A stretch of DNA of 56,660 nt from Prorocentrum cordatum (GCA_963575745.1 CAUYUJ010000075.1:62001-118660); one strand, 5' to 3'. Shown: positions 40,646 through 52,799, numbered from the stretch's first letter. Notes: a model not told the origin generated them from the sequence alone. Translations and numbers: made by a program.

Positions 40646-43171
40646 TGATGCTGTTGTTGTTGTTGTTGTTGGTGTTGTTGTTGTTGTTGTTGTTGTTGTT
40701 TGTGGTGTTGTTGTTGTTGTTGATGGTGCTGTTGCTGTTGCTGTTGTCGTTGTTGTTGTTGTCGTCGTCGTCCCGGCGGGCGGGTCGCGGCACGGGTGGG
40801 TCGCGTCGCGGGCGGGTCGCCGCGCGGGTGGATCGCGGGTGGTATACGGCCCCGACGGGTCGCGGGTGGGTCGCGGGTGGGTTGCGGGTGGGTCGCGGCG
40901 CGGGTGGGTCGTTCGGCCCCCTCAGACCCCTCGAAAGCAAACGCAAGAGGGCCCCAAGACGGCTCCTAGAGGATCTCCAAAAGGGTCAGAGGACCCCGGG
41001 AGGGTCCAAGAGGACCCCAAGAGGGCACCAACAGGGGCCCAAAAGCTTTGCATGATCATGCAATACTCTTGGGGCCCTCTTGGAGCCGTCTTGGGGGCCT
41101 CTCTGAGCCGTCTTGGGGCTCTTTTGGAGCCGCCTCGGGGCTCTTGGAGCCGTCTTGGGGGCCCTCTTGGGCCCCCCTCGCCGAACTCCGTCTGACGGAG
41201 TTGGGCGTGGGGCTTCTTGGAGCCGTATTGGGGCCCTCTTGACCTCTTGGGACCCTCCCAAACCGTTGGGCACTCTCGGGGCCCTCGGAGTTGTGTTGTG
41301 AGTTGTCCTGCGTTGTTGAGTGGTTGAGTGGTGTGACAAGGGGCGATGGGGCGATGGGTCGCGGGTGGGTCGCGAGGCGGACGCGAGGCGGACGGGTCGC
41401 GGGTGGGTCGCATGCGCTGCGCCCCCCCGCCCGCGCCCTCGCTCTCATCCGAAGTTGCGGGGTGCCACGCATTGTTGTTGTTGTTATCTTGATTTGTCAT
41501 TGCTTTCCAGTGGGGGCGCCCGGGGCCGCGGGGTCGAGTCGAGATCGGATGCGAGCGATCCGAATGCCTCCTGCAAATACTTGTTGCTCTTCGCGTGCTC
41601 TGCCAACCAATACAAGGCGTCGGACCTGCCGCCGAACGTCACGGCCTTGTACGGCGGCTCCTGCGCGGTGGCGAGGCCAAGGGGCGGCCGCGGCAAGGCA
41701 GGCAAGGGCAGGGAGTTCGGGGTTTTGTTCGGCGGTAGCCTGCGGGGGAGGTGAGAGTCGGTTAGAGTTGCAGAGACAAGGCCGCGTCGGCGGAGTCGGG
41801 GAGGGCCCTCAGAAGGCCTTGGAGGCCCCAGCTAGATCAAGGCAGCCCATTACTACTTGCTGTAAAGTGTCCAGGCGTCTTAGCGACATGTGGAGTGGAG
41901 GGGGAGGGGGGGAGGAGGGCGAGGAGGCCCAATGCTCCTGGCCAACCGAAATCGGCGGGACACTGTTGCCTCCGCAGGGCCCCATGCAATGCAAGCACTG
42001 GTTGGAAACTCGCCAGCAGTGTAAGCACTGATTGGGGGCTTTGCTTGCTGGGCCTCGTAGCTTACTAGAAGGGGAGTAACAGTTTCGGCCCCTTGGACAC
42101 CTCCCTGCTGCTGAGGCACATCCACGGTTCCCCAGCCACGCCCGGGACCAAGCCCTTCTCGCTGATGGACTTGCGCAGCTCTGAATCCACTGTTGCCTGC
42201 TGCGGCTGAGAGCCGAATCAGCAGCGGCATCAGCATAAAGGATGGCGGGGGAGGGGGAGGAAGCCGTAGACGGGGAAGGGGATGGGGGAAGGGAGTAACG
42301 AGGGGGCCAAGTGGATGTGGCGGGGGAGAGATGAGGAGGAGGAGCAGGAGGAGGCAGGGCGAGGTTAGAATGCTCCGGGCTCTAGCTGCCTGGACCCTCT
42401 TATTGCAGTCGTCGCGAAAGATGAGCCGCTGGCCCGCTTGGTCGAACAGCCGGACGGTCCTTGGGGCAGGTTCCAAGAGATTCGAGACTGACGGCGCGTA
42501 GGCCGGGCATTCGGAGAGGACAGAGGCGGCGAGAGGGAGAGGGTCGGATGGGAGGGCCCGAGAGAGGGAGAGGGGCGGGGGTGGCGGAGGCAGGAGGGCA
42601 CGTTTGGACCCGGCAGTCGTGAGGGGCCCCATCTGGTATGCCGAGAAGACCCGCTGGAGACGAATCGCACCCTGCGGGCTCGCTGAATATGGGCTGCACG
42701 CAATCCCGGCGGTTTTGTTTCGTCGGCTCGGTCGGGCCAGGCGCGGCCCTGACCATGGGTCCCAAGGGTCCCTGCACCCCCCGAAACCAAGGAAGGAAGC
42801 GGCCCCGGGGCACCCGACCTCGTTAATTATTGTTTGATGCGTTTCTCCCACATCGAGCCGGTGGACCGAACAGCTCCACGAGAGTCTCCTCCGTGCCCGT
42901 GGGCGCGTACATCCTCTCCTTTGGAGCTGGGCGGAACAGGAAAAGGGGCCAGGCTGTGGGGCCACGGGCCAGGGAACGTCCACAACCCCACCCCCAACCC
43001 CCATCCCCAGAGCTCCCATGCCTTCGAAGGGACGGGCTACAAGCTAACGCACCGATCCTGCATCGATACCAAGCTCGGGGCCGGGCTGGGCGCTGGCACC
43101 AGCAGGCCAGGCGGCTGGCGTGGCTGAGAAGAGCCCGAGCCCGAGCCCTGAGATTGAGAGCCGGCGGCCAT
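35357..43171 (-). CDS. Large multi-exon uncharacterised protein (~1,250 aa) with a ParB/Srx-like N-terminal region; 5' exons disrupted. Exons approx.: 43022-43171, 42819-~42920, 42610-42671, 42390-42459, 42101-42196, 41568-41660, 40198-40347, 39549-39812, 38775-39284, 36960-38463, 36380-36669, 35791-36153, 35357-35473
   Basis: Exons from 42671 downward splice in phase with G|G borders (GC, GT or GA donors) and give non-repetitive protein, e.g. SISEKGLVPGVAGEPWMCLSSREEPPYKAVTFGGRSDAL, RTPVWVRSHLKDYHNQFHKGSSYSFLE, a 1,504-nt exon, and a C-terminus ending TKHLLK*. There is an in-frame TAG at 43037-43039 and an apparent +1 frameshift near 42858. Confidence 0.7.
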
Positions 43172-43317
43172 CGCCGCTGCGGGGTAGGTTTGACCTTCAG
43201 GTAACTGTTTCATACTTCACAGAGAGGCACGCTAGGTGCAGCGCTGATCGTACTTGAGTCGGGTAGGGCTTCGGGCAAGGAATAAGCTGAGCAAGAGGGC
43301 GAGGAAAGGCGGAGCGA

Positions 43318-43350
<33 letters not shown>

Positions 43351-43463
43351 CACGACCACGACCACGACGACGACGACGACGACGACAAGCAGCAGCGCCG
43401 CGACGACATCCTCGACGACGACGACGACGACGACGACAACCAACTCCGCGACGGCAGCCGCGC

Positions 43464-43522
<59 letters not shown>

Positions 43523-43528
43523 GCGACT

Positions 43529-43581
<53 letters not shown>

Positions 43582-44439
43582 TCGCATTGTCCCCCCTGCC
43601 CCCCTTTTCCCTCCTTCCTCTTCCTTTTCCCCACGTAGCCTCCCCCGTCCCCTTCCCCTCTGGCCCCTCTGGCCACCCTCGCCGTGGCGATGCGCTGATG
43701 CGATGTTACTTCGGGTCGTACTTCGCGCCAACCCCGGGGGCCAACCCCGGAACATGTCATGGGGCGCAGCGCGGTTACCCACACCGCGCGCCCGGCTCGC
43801 CAGCGCCCCCGCCAGCGATTTGCTCAGCCACCTCCGGGGTCGCCTCAGAGAGACGCAGCTCGGTGGCGACGAAGGTTGGCCAGTCTCGCTTCCCCCCAAT
43901 CGAAAAACAAGCACCGCAGATATTAATGCCATTCATTGACAGCTCAATTGAAAGACTGAGCAGTCCCCCTCGGCATCCGACGGCCTCGAAATTATTCTTC
44001 GGGGGTCGACTTGAGGCGGCCGGTGGTTTGTGCCGCGGCAGCTGACGCGCACACAGTATGCTGCCAACCGCCGGGGCCCCAAAACGTCCTAAGAGATGCC
44101 TTTGAGGTGAAAGCTTGCGGCACGCATGCACAACCGATCGATTTCAGGTCACTCCTTGAAACGATGCCATGCATGAGCAAATGAATGTGCGCACGCGGCT
44201 CCACTTGGAGCATGCAATATAGAATGTATACATGTGTGTACATGAATGCGCGTGCAATGTGTGAACGCCAGGCCGTCAGGCCTGCACCTCAAAGAACGCG
44301 CCATGCAGCAGTGGCTCTATCTGTAACTTAGAGCACTAGAGCGTGGCAGCAACAGCCCCCCTGGGACACCGCTAAAGGTAGCAACTGAAAACAGAACACC
44401 TTGGGCTCTGAGCCCTGCCTTGCCGCGCCGCCTCGGCGC

Positions 44440-45262
44440 CTACGCGTCGGAGTCAACAACCACCACCATCGTGCCCGTCATGGCCTTGTAGCGCTTGCGG
44501 CGATCCGCCTCCTCGTCCGCGCGCCTGAGGCGGCGGGGGGGTGGCCAAGCAGATGAGAGTGGCCGAAGCAACGCGCTGGCAGCCAACAAGCCGACAGGTA
44601 TATATGTGCTGACGCGAGGGCCCCATGACGCACTAAAGAAATACATCATCAGATAAGGATGGCGGGGAGGGGTCGGTGGATGGCGAACGCTGGAGGCGGG
44701 GTCGGGATGGGGAGGAAGTGGGAGGGGGGCTTGCAGCAGGTCGCAGCGATTTGGGCAGAAAAGAGACATCCACCACCTCACAAGAAGAGACCAAGAGCAT
44801 GGGATCACTGTTGGCTAAGAGCGAAGGAGTAGCGAGTCTGAGCGCGCCTCAAGACACGCCCGATGCGCGACACGCCCTGGTCCATCCTCGTCACCTGCGT
44901 GGCCGCGAATAGGATCAGCGCCCCGGGGACTGGCACGCACTGCGAGTTCCCGGCCTGGCCGAAGATGGAGCACGACCTCGCCACTTCAAAAGGGGGAGGA
45001 GGAGGAGGAGGAGGAGGAGGAGGAGGACGAGGAGGAGGAGGAGCAGGAGGAGGAGGAGGAGGAGGAGCAGCAGCAGGAGGACGAGGAGGAGGAGGAGGAG
45101 GAGGAGGAGGAGAAGGAGGAGGGGAGGGGAGGAGGATGGAGGAGGAGGAGAGGAGGAGGAGGAGGAGGAGGAGGGAGGTGGAGGAGGGAGGAGGGAGGAG
45201 GGAGGAGGGAGTGAGGGAGGGGAGAAGGGAGGAAGGGGGAGAGGGAGGAGGGAGGAGAGGAG

Positions 45263-45304
<42 letters not shown>

Positions 45305-48300
45305 GAGGAGGAGGAGGAGGAGGAGGAGGGGGAGGCGCATGCTAGTGCCTGCGCTCGCCCAAGCCGCCGGCCCGCTCGAAGTTGAAGCTCGTGGTCGGGC
45401 GCGCGAGGACCTCCTCCATCACCGGGAACCCTTGAGTCAACAAGCACTCCATTGGCAGCAGCCACCGTGATGCATGCGGGCGCATGTCGCCCCAGTAGTA
45501 CCCGACGTTCTTGATGAGCGTCTGCATGATGTCGGTGTAGCCGTAGGACCCGCGCCCCTTTACGAGCGTCTGGTATAAGGAGAATATGCCGCCAGGGAAC
45601 GAGTCCTGGTAGCTCTGCAGGTTCGCGTGCTCAACCTCCGTGAGGGCTAGCTCCCACGACTCCGCATTATGGATGTCCAGGGCTGGGGCCTTCCCCGCCT
45701 CCGCGAGGATCGCGTGCCTGGACTTCTTCCGAACTGCAGACTTCTCGAGCGCATCCTTGACCACGGCATCGGAGGATACGAAGAAGGACTTCCAAGTGAA
45801 TCCCACAACCCTGTGGAAACGCTTCACGAAATCAGAGAGCGGGCTGATCACTGCCAGAGTCTTCACGCGGTGGGTCAGGACCAGCCACTTCCTCTCGCGG
45901 CTCACAGGCAGGCCGTAGTTGGACGACGTATCGATGTGCTGGTCGATGTAGTAGAGACCACGTTGTTGCCCTGCGTCGCCCAGGTACTCAGCCAGCAAGC
46001 TGGCAGGGAATTGAATCACATTCTCCACCACTATGATCGGCTCCTGCAGTAAGAGACGCAAGCCAAGCCACGCCAGCATGGCCAGCGCCGTATCCCCGCC
46101 CTCGCGCCCATGCGAGCCGATCGCAGCAAAGTCGATGCAGGGGATTCCTGAGAAGTTAATCTTTGCCATTTTGATCTCGCACATCTTGCCGTGCCTCACG
46201 CACTCTGCGCAATTGGTGACAGCTTTGAACTGCTTCACAATCGGGCCCAACAACTTGTGGGCCTGATCTGTAGCCTGCTTGCAGTGGGCCACGACGCCTG
46301 TGGCCAACAACTGCGGGTGGAAGAAGTCACAGATATCCTTGAAGACGCATGAATCTTCATTGGGCATGGTGAGCAACTCTGCCTGAGCCTGTGGGTCAAT
46401 CTCGATGTGGTGCAGAGTAGGGGGCTTACGAAAGCAGAGACCAGGAACCCTACTCTGGAACTCGTGCGCGAGGTCGTTGCGAGCAACTCCCGGGGCGTCG
46501 ATGCCAGAAAATGCCGTGCTCATGCTCAGGTCCTCGAACTTGTGCGCCAGCTCTGTGAGGTACCTCCTCTCGCTCGAGATTGAGTTCAGCTGCAACTGGT
46601 CCTGAGGGGCCGGCTGGGCGGGGGGAGGATGGGGGAACAGGAGGAGGAGGAGGAGGAGGAGGCCTCCAAGACGCTCTCAGAGCGAAAAGTCTGCAAAAGC
46701 TTTGATGGTTGACCCCTGTCGGTCGTCGTCGTCGTCGTCGTGACGACGACGACCGACGACGGAGACGACGACACACGAACGACGACCGACGACGACGACG
46801 AGTCGTCGTCGTCGTCGTAGTCGTCGTCGTCGCGCGCCCGGAGGGTCCGCCATCATCTTGTCCAGGAAGAACTTGGGCCACTCGAGGGCATCCTTAAGGG
46901 ACGAGACGACTGGGACCCCGCCGCGACGGTGCTGGTACCGCTGCGACGGGTGCACCCACTGCTGCTGCTGCTGCTGCTGCTGCTGCGGCGGCGCCTTCCG
47001 CCGCGGCTCAGGGCGAGCGCGGCGAGGGCGCGGCGGCTCCGGGGCCTTGGCCATGGCCGCGGCGCCCCCCACAGCGGCGGCCCCACCTGGTGCGAGACGC
47101 ATGGGCGGCCCAGCAGGCTGCGGGCACCCTGGCAAAGGTGGGCCGCGCAAGAAATCGTCGAACGACTGCCCCTTGGTCACAGGAAGGTCAGGAAGGTCTG
47201 CAGCGGCGGCCCCGCCCGGGGCGAGCTGCTGAGGCGGCTGAGGCGGCCCAGCAGGCGTCTGCAGCCCACTTGCCGTCTCTCCCTCGGTGCAGGGCCTCGG
47301 AGACGGGCCACCAGGGGCGTCGTCGCCAGCAGCCCCGATCTCGAACAACGCAGGCCCTTGCTGCGGCGGGGGCGTGGGCCGCGTGGCCGGGCCAGCAGGA
47401 CTCGGGCTCTTACGCGCACATGGCAGCTGCGGCTGCGGGCCCGGCTGCGGCAGCTCGGCCGAGGCTCCCAGTCGCCGCAGGCGCGGAGACCTCAGGCGAG
47501 ATCTCAAGGCCTCGGCCCCCTCGGCCGCCTCATCATCTTCAATGAACAGCCCATGCATCATCTGAGCCCCCGCGTCGCCAACGTCGTCGTCGCCAGCCCT
47601 CAACTCGGCCCTTATCAGGGGCGTCAACGCGGCGGCCTCGGGCGCGGTCAGGGTCAGGCCGCGGCCGTTGTCGCCCTCCGCGCTGCCAAAGAGCTCGCTG
47701 CTGATTTGTTGCAGCGGCGTGTCAAGCTCGCCCGGGACAGTGTCGCCGTCATCATCTTGATCACCGCTGCCAGCCTCCAATCTGGCTTTCTTGATTGGAC
47801 TCGCAGTGACGTCGGTGATGCGGCTCTCGCCACGGACGAGGCGCGCTGCGGCCCCAGCAGCGGTCACTTCCACCTGGAACATGTGCAGAAAGCCTAGACC
47901 TCCCAATCTCTCTCCTGCTTCCACACTCCACCCTCATATCTCCGCCTACTTACTCCACCTACTCCCCCTTCCGCCATCCCCACCCCCTAACCCGCCCTCC
48001 CCTCGGTGATGCTCCCTTTTGCGCCCCAGACCTTAGGGTCTGCGCCCGCCGCCGCCAGGCTCGGAAACTCGGGCCCCGACGACGACGCGGCCAAGCCCGA
48101 GAAGGACGGCTGCGCCTGCTGTAGCTGGACAGGCGCCGCCCCGGCGTCGCTGGCTGCGGGGGGCGTTGCCGCCGCCGCCGCCGCCGCTGCCGCTGCCGCC
48201 TCCGCCGCCTCCTGCCCGCCAGTCTTCTCATCCTTATTCCCCCCTGGCTCGCTCGACTTACCCTGCTCTTCTTGGACCGCCAGCCCTTCCTCAGCAGCTG

Positions 48301-49954
48301 CCTCCCATGAGGGGCGCAAGTCCAGAGTTTGGGCGCCCAGGCTGTGGACGTCGGCGGGCTCCTCTTCTGCCTTGGAGCCCCCGCTAGCCGCCGCGTTATC
48401 GGCAGCGGCATTCGCCTCGACACCTGAGGCCAAGGCGGCACTCGCCTCCACCTCCTGGCCGGCACCAACGGCGCCAGCGCCAGCAGCTCCTGCGACCTGG
48501 CCGCCAGCACCACCCGGAGGAGCAGACTGGGAGCGCTGCGAGGGAGGCGCTAGGTCTGGGCCCTCACGCCCAGGCGGCTGCTGCTGCTGGGCCTCCTCGG
48601 CCGCCCTTGCCGCCGCGCTGCTGCCAGCGCTGCGACGCCGTCCCCGCGCCCTGCCCTGGCCCTGGGCGTCGTCGTCGTCGTCGTCGACGGCCTGCCTGCC
48701 CCAGGACGGGCGTTGCTGACGGACGTTGTCCGGTGGCACCGCTGGGTTGGTAAGGGCGCTAGACGCTGTGATGTACTCACTGTTCAGATTTGGAATGTCG
48801 ACCCAAACTATGCGCCCCCCCTTCAGCATGTAAAGGGGCTCGATGGGCTCCACATCTGCGAACTCCCAGTAGTAGATAGGCTGCACCTTGTCCTCATCAC
48901 TGATGCGACCCTTAAAGAATACATCAGCGAGCTCATCCCAAGACGTGCAGTGTTTGGCGTAATAATCGTTGAAGTCGCCCACTGGGATGGCCCCCTCATC
49001 GACGATGTGACCGCGCGCGATGCCCTTCAAGCAATGACTCTCGGCCCCGGGGACTTCCTCATGCGGCACCTCAGGGGGCGCGCATTCCTAAAGGCCCTTA
49101 GAGCAGTGGCGCTACCCCGCAAAGGATCTATCGGGCCCCAATTTGGGATACGCGGCTAACTAACTAACTGAGCTCGACGAGGGCTGAAACGGCAAGGACG
49201 CCGCGGCAAAGCCAATTTGGGAATTCAAGGCCTTCGTCCTCCTCGTCCTCACTCCTCCACTCCTCCACCTCCTCATCCTCATTAATCATTCTCCTCTCCA
49301 CTCCTCCCCCTCCTCCTCCTTCTCACCCACCTTCCTCCTCCTCCACCTCCGCTTCCTCCGCCCCCCATCCGTCCTCCGTCGGCTCGCCTGACAGAGGAAG
49401 ATGTAGACCCATCCTGGGAAGTAGTTCTTGCTCTGCGGTTTGAGGAAGCCCTTTGGCAAGCCCTTCTGGCGCATCTCCCACACCTTGCGCGGGGTTGGCC
49501 CGCCCCCCGCTGACCTCCACGTGACTTCCCCCCGGGGTGTCGTTACAGGGCGAGCGGCGATTTAAGAACTTAACACATTCGGGGTGGTGAATGGGGCCCA
49601 GTGTTACCACGGGTACAATGGCTGAGATCTAACCCTCAACATGCCAGCATTGCAAGAAGGGACAAGGCGGGGAAAGTTGAAAGTCGAAGGCGCCCCCCTG
49701 GAGGACTCCAGCACTGCGAACAAATCGACGCCACTAGCCTTCTGAACCGACCCCCCGCCGCGCAGACGCGCCTTCACGAATCCCTCGGGGGTCCTCTCGA
49801 CGAAGCGCTTGCCGAACTTAGGCCTAAGGATGAGGCCTTTGGCGGGCTGGTCGTCTGCTAGGTCGATGAGCGGCACTGGGGCTGGCAGCTCGGAGGGCGG
49901 GCCATTGCCCTTTCCAGCTCCCTTTCCAAAGGACAGCCTCGTCTGCCTGACCAT
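44440..49954 (-). CDS. Multi-exon ASCH-domain + C5-cytosine DNA methyltransferase (~1,270 aa). Exons: 49772-49954, 49388-49483, 48032-49069, 46848-47873, 45349-46601, 44848-44976, 44440-44524
   Basis: Exons join in frame across GC-AG, GT-AG and one GA-AG intron, all with G|G borders. C5-MTase motifs occur in order: I STAFSGID, II IEID, III FKDI, IV SGIPCIDF, VI ENV, VIII SRERKWLV, IX RWLLPMECLLTQGFP, X AGNSQ (motif X appears only after splicing 45349 to 44976). The N-terminus KGLILRP..GFVKVWEMR..YYWEFADVEPIEP..GGRIVWVDI matches the ASCH signature. The exon 4 donor is the least certain. Confidence 0.85.
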
Positions 49955-50150
49955 GGCCCGAACGCAAAGAAAGGTTAGCGCCGAAACGTAACCTGGGATC
50001 TGCTCGAAGTCGGGGCGTTTCGGCGGTTGGCAGGGTGATTTGATTTGGGGACAGACACTGCAGGGGGCAAAGGAGGAGGGGAGGAGGAGGGGGGAGAGGG
50101 GGAGAGGAGGAGGAGAGGGGGAGGAGGGGGGAGAGGAGGAGGAGGAGGAG

Positions 50151-50186
<36 letters not shown>

Positions 50187-50700
50187 CGGGATAATAGGGG
50201 ATGGGGCAGGGTGGGGAGGCAGAAGGGAAGGAAGGCGGAGGGTAAGGAGGACGAGGGAGATAGGGAGGGGCAGGGGGAGAGGGAAGGCGGGAAGGCATGA
50301 TTAACTACACGTTCGGTGGATCGTGTCCTCATCACGCCAGAAAGCCCGAGACGGGAATTAATGGATGGTACACCGTGGCTGTGATGACTGCCGATACATT
50401 TCGCACAAGTTCGCTCAGTCGTCGCCATTGATATCGTGACTGCCGTTGTCATCGTCGTCAGTCGTTATCGTGGTCGGTGTCGGCGGTCGCGGCTGTAATC
50501 GTGGTCGTATATGTTGCGGTCGTGACGGGGATATTTTGTCGCATCGGTCGTCGCCGCCTCGGTCGTGTTTTCGTCGCAAACGTCGCCCTCGTCGTCGTCG
50601 TCGTCAGTCGTCGACGTCGTCGCCGCGATCGCCGCGTCAGCCGTGGCCGTCGTCGTTGCGACCACGGTCGCGGATCATCGTCGATGGGGGGGGCCGACGC

Positions 50701-51361
50701 GCATTGTTCCCTACCTAGGCTCTGCCTAGAGGGTTCTTACCCTCTTGGCTAAAGGGGCCGGGCAGTGTAATGCGCCCCGGGCGGTTCCCCCAGTCCCCGC
50801 CCCGCGGTTCCCCCAGTTGCGCCTCCTTTAGCTTAGCTTATCTCATCTTAGCTTAGCTTAGCTTAGCTTAGCTTACCTTAGCTTACCTTAGCTTAGCTTC
50901 GCTTACCTTACCTTACCTTACCTTAGCTTAGCTTGGCTTACCTTTGTTTTGCTTAGCTTAGCATAGCTTAGCTTACCTTAGCTTAGCTTAGCTTAGCCGA
51001 GCGCAGCATCGCGCAGCGCAGCATTAGCATAGCATAGCATAGCACAGCATAGCCAAGCATAGCATAGCATATCATAGCATAGCCCAGCATAGCATAGCAA
51101 AGCATAGCACAGCACAGCACAGCACAGCACAGCATAGCATAGCATATCATAGCATAGCATAGCATGGCACAGCGCAGCATAGCATAGCAGAGCAGAGCAT
51201 AGCATAGCATGGTACAGCGCAGCATAGCATAGCAGAGCATAGCATAGCATAGCTGAGCATAGCACAGCGCAGCATAAAATAGCATAGCATAGCGCAGCCT
51301 AGCAAAGCATAGTGCTGCTTTCCTAGGGGCTCCAACTCCTAGGTAGGGTCGCACTGGGATA
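50701..51361 (+). mobile_element. ~660-bp non-autonomous element with sub-terminal IR CCCTACCTAGG and (GCTTA)n/(GCATA)n core, copy 1
   Basis: Sub-terminal IRs at 50709-50719 and 51338-51348; the unique arms match 53270-53916 in reverse complement. Confidence 0.85.
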
Positions 51362-51539
51362 ATTTTGTTGTTGCGGGCGTTCCCCCCCAACAGGGGAGGA
51401 TGGGGCAACGCGCAAGGTTGCCTGGAAGGGGTGCCGGCAAAAGGGGGGAGTACGACGGGAGGCGGGGCCTTGGCAGGGGTCGTGGCACCTGTAGGGCGCT
51501 GGGAGGGGGGCGCTGGGATGGGGGCTCCTGAACATCGGA

Positions 51540-52460
51540 CATGCTGGCAGGGGGGGCCCAGCAGCTCCATCTGTGCCGGGACCCCCCTCCCCCCATCATG
51601 TGCTGGGACCCCCTCCCGCCCCCCCATTGTGCTGGGAACCCCCCTCCAAGCCCCCCCCCCTCCCCCCCTGTGCTGGGACCCCCCTCCCAGCACCCCCATG
51701 TGTGCTGGGACCCCCCTCCCAGCAACACCCCTGTGCTGGGAGCCCCCTCCCAGCACCCCCGCCTATGCTGGGACCTCCCTCCCAGCACCCATCATGTGCT
51801 GGGACCCCCCTCCCAGCAACCCCCACTGTGCTGGGAACACACTGGAACCCTCCCCATCACCCCTCCTGTGCTGTACACCCCCTGGCTCCCGCCCCCCCCC
51901 CCCCCCCCACCCCGCCCCCCCCCCCCAACCCTGTGTTGGGACCACCCTCCCAGCACCCCCTGTGCTAGGGACCTATCCCTCCCATGCACCTTCTGAGCCT
52001 TGAGGAACGTGCTGGGTGGACCAGCCCACATGCCCCCCCTCCGGCACACCCCCCTATGCTGGGAACCCACCCTCCCAGCACTCCCCTAGTGCTGGGGGAC
52101 CTCTCCATCCAAAGCAACCTACCCCCCCGAACCCCCTCCCCACCCCGCCCCCCTACCCCCCCCCCCTCACCCCAGGCCTCTCCCTCACCTCGTGGGCCTG
52201 GGAAACTACCCCTCCCAACGCCCACCCATGTGCTGGGGACACCAACCCCCCAACCTCCCAGCATCCCCCCCAGGCCTGAGGGGGAACCGTCCCCTCCGCA
52301 GCACCCATCATAGGAGCTACGGACCAGCCCCTCCCAAGATAGCAAAACCCCTACCCCCTCCCCCCCCTGTGCTGGGACCCACATCCCAGCACCCCCCCGC
52401 GTGCTGGGACACCCCTCCCACCCACCCCCTCCCCATGTGCTGGGGCCCACCCCAGCGCCC
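51540..52460. repeat. ~30-bp hairpin minisatellite GTGCTGGGACCCCCCTCCCAGCAC
   Basis: Each unit carries the GTGCTGGGA/TCCCAGCAC inverted repeat. Confidence 0.9.
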
Positions 52461-52799
52461 CATTCCCCCAATCCCCTCTGCCAAGAACCCTCCCCCCCGC
52501 TCCTGCCCCACTCCCCTCTGCCAGATGCCCTTTGGTCAACGACGCGACAGAGACAACGCGCACGCGCGCTCGGCGTAGTTAGGGCGCAGGCTAAACGCGA
52601 ATTGACAGAGGTGGGGGAGAACGGGGGGCGCAACAAAGGCCGCGACAGGCCGCAGGGCTCGGCCGCAGGCGCCTGACTGAGCTGCACTGCGCACCCTTGC
52701 GCCTTGTGCGTGAGGGGAGGGGGGGGCGGCGGCATGGGCGGGGAGGGGCAGTTTAGCGGTTTGGGCGAAGGGCGCACATTGCAGGTACCCATTGGAATT

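Noticed and set aside
44805..44847. Alternative unspliced stop for the methyltransferase (..ALSQQ*)
   Set aside because: Possible, but the phase-matched GC-AG intron to 44524 with an 8-nt border repeat is preferred.
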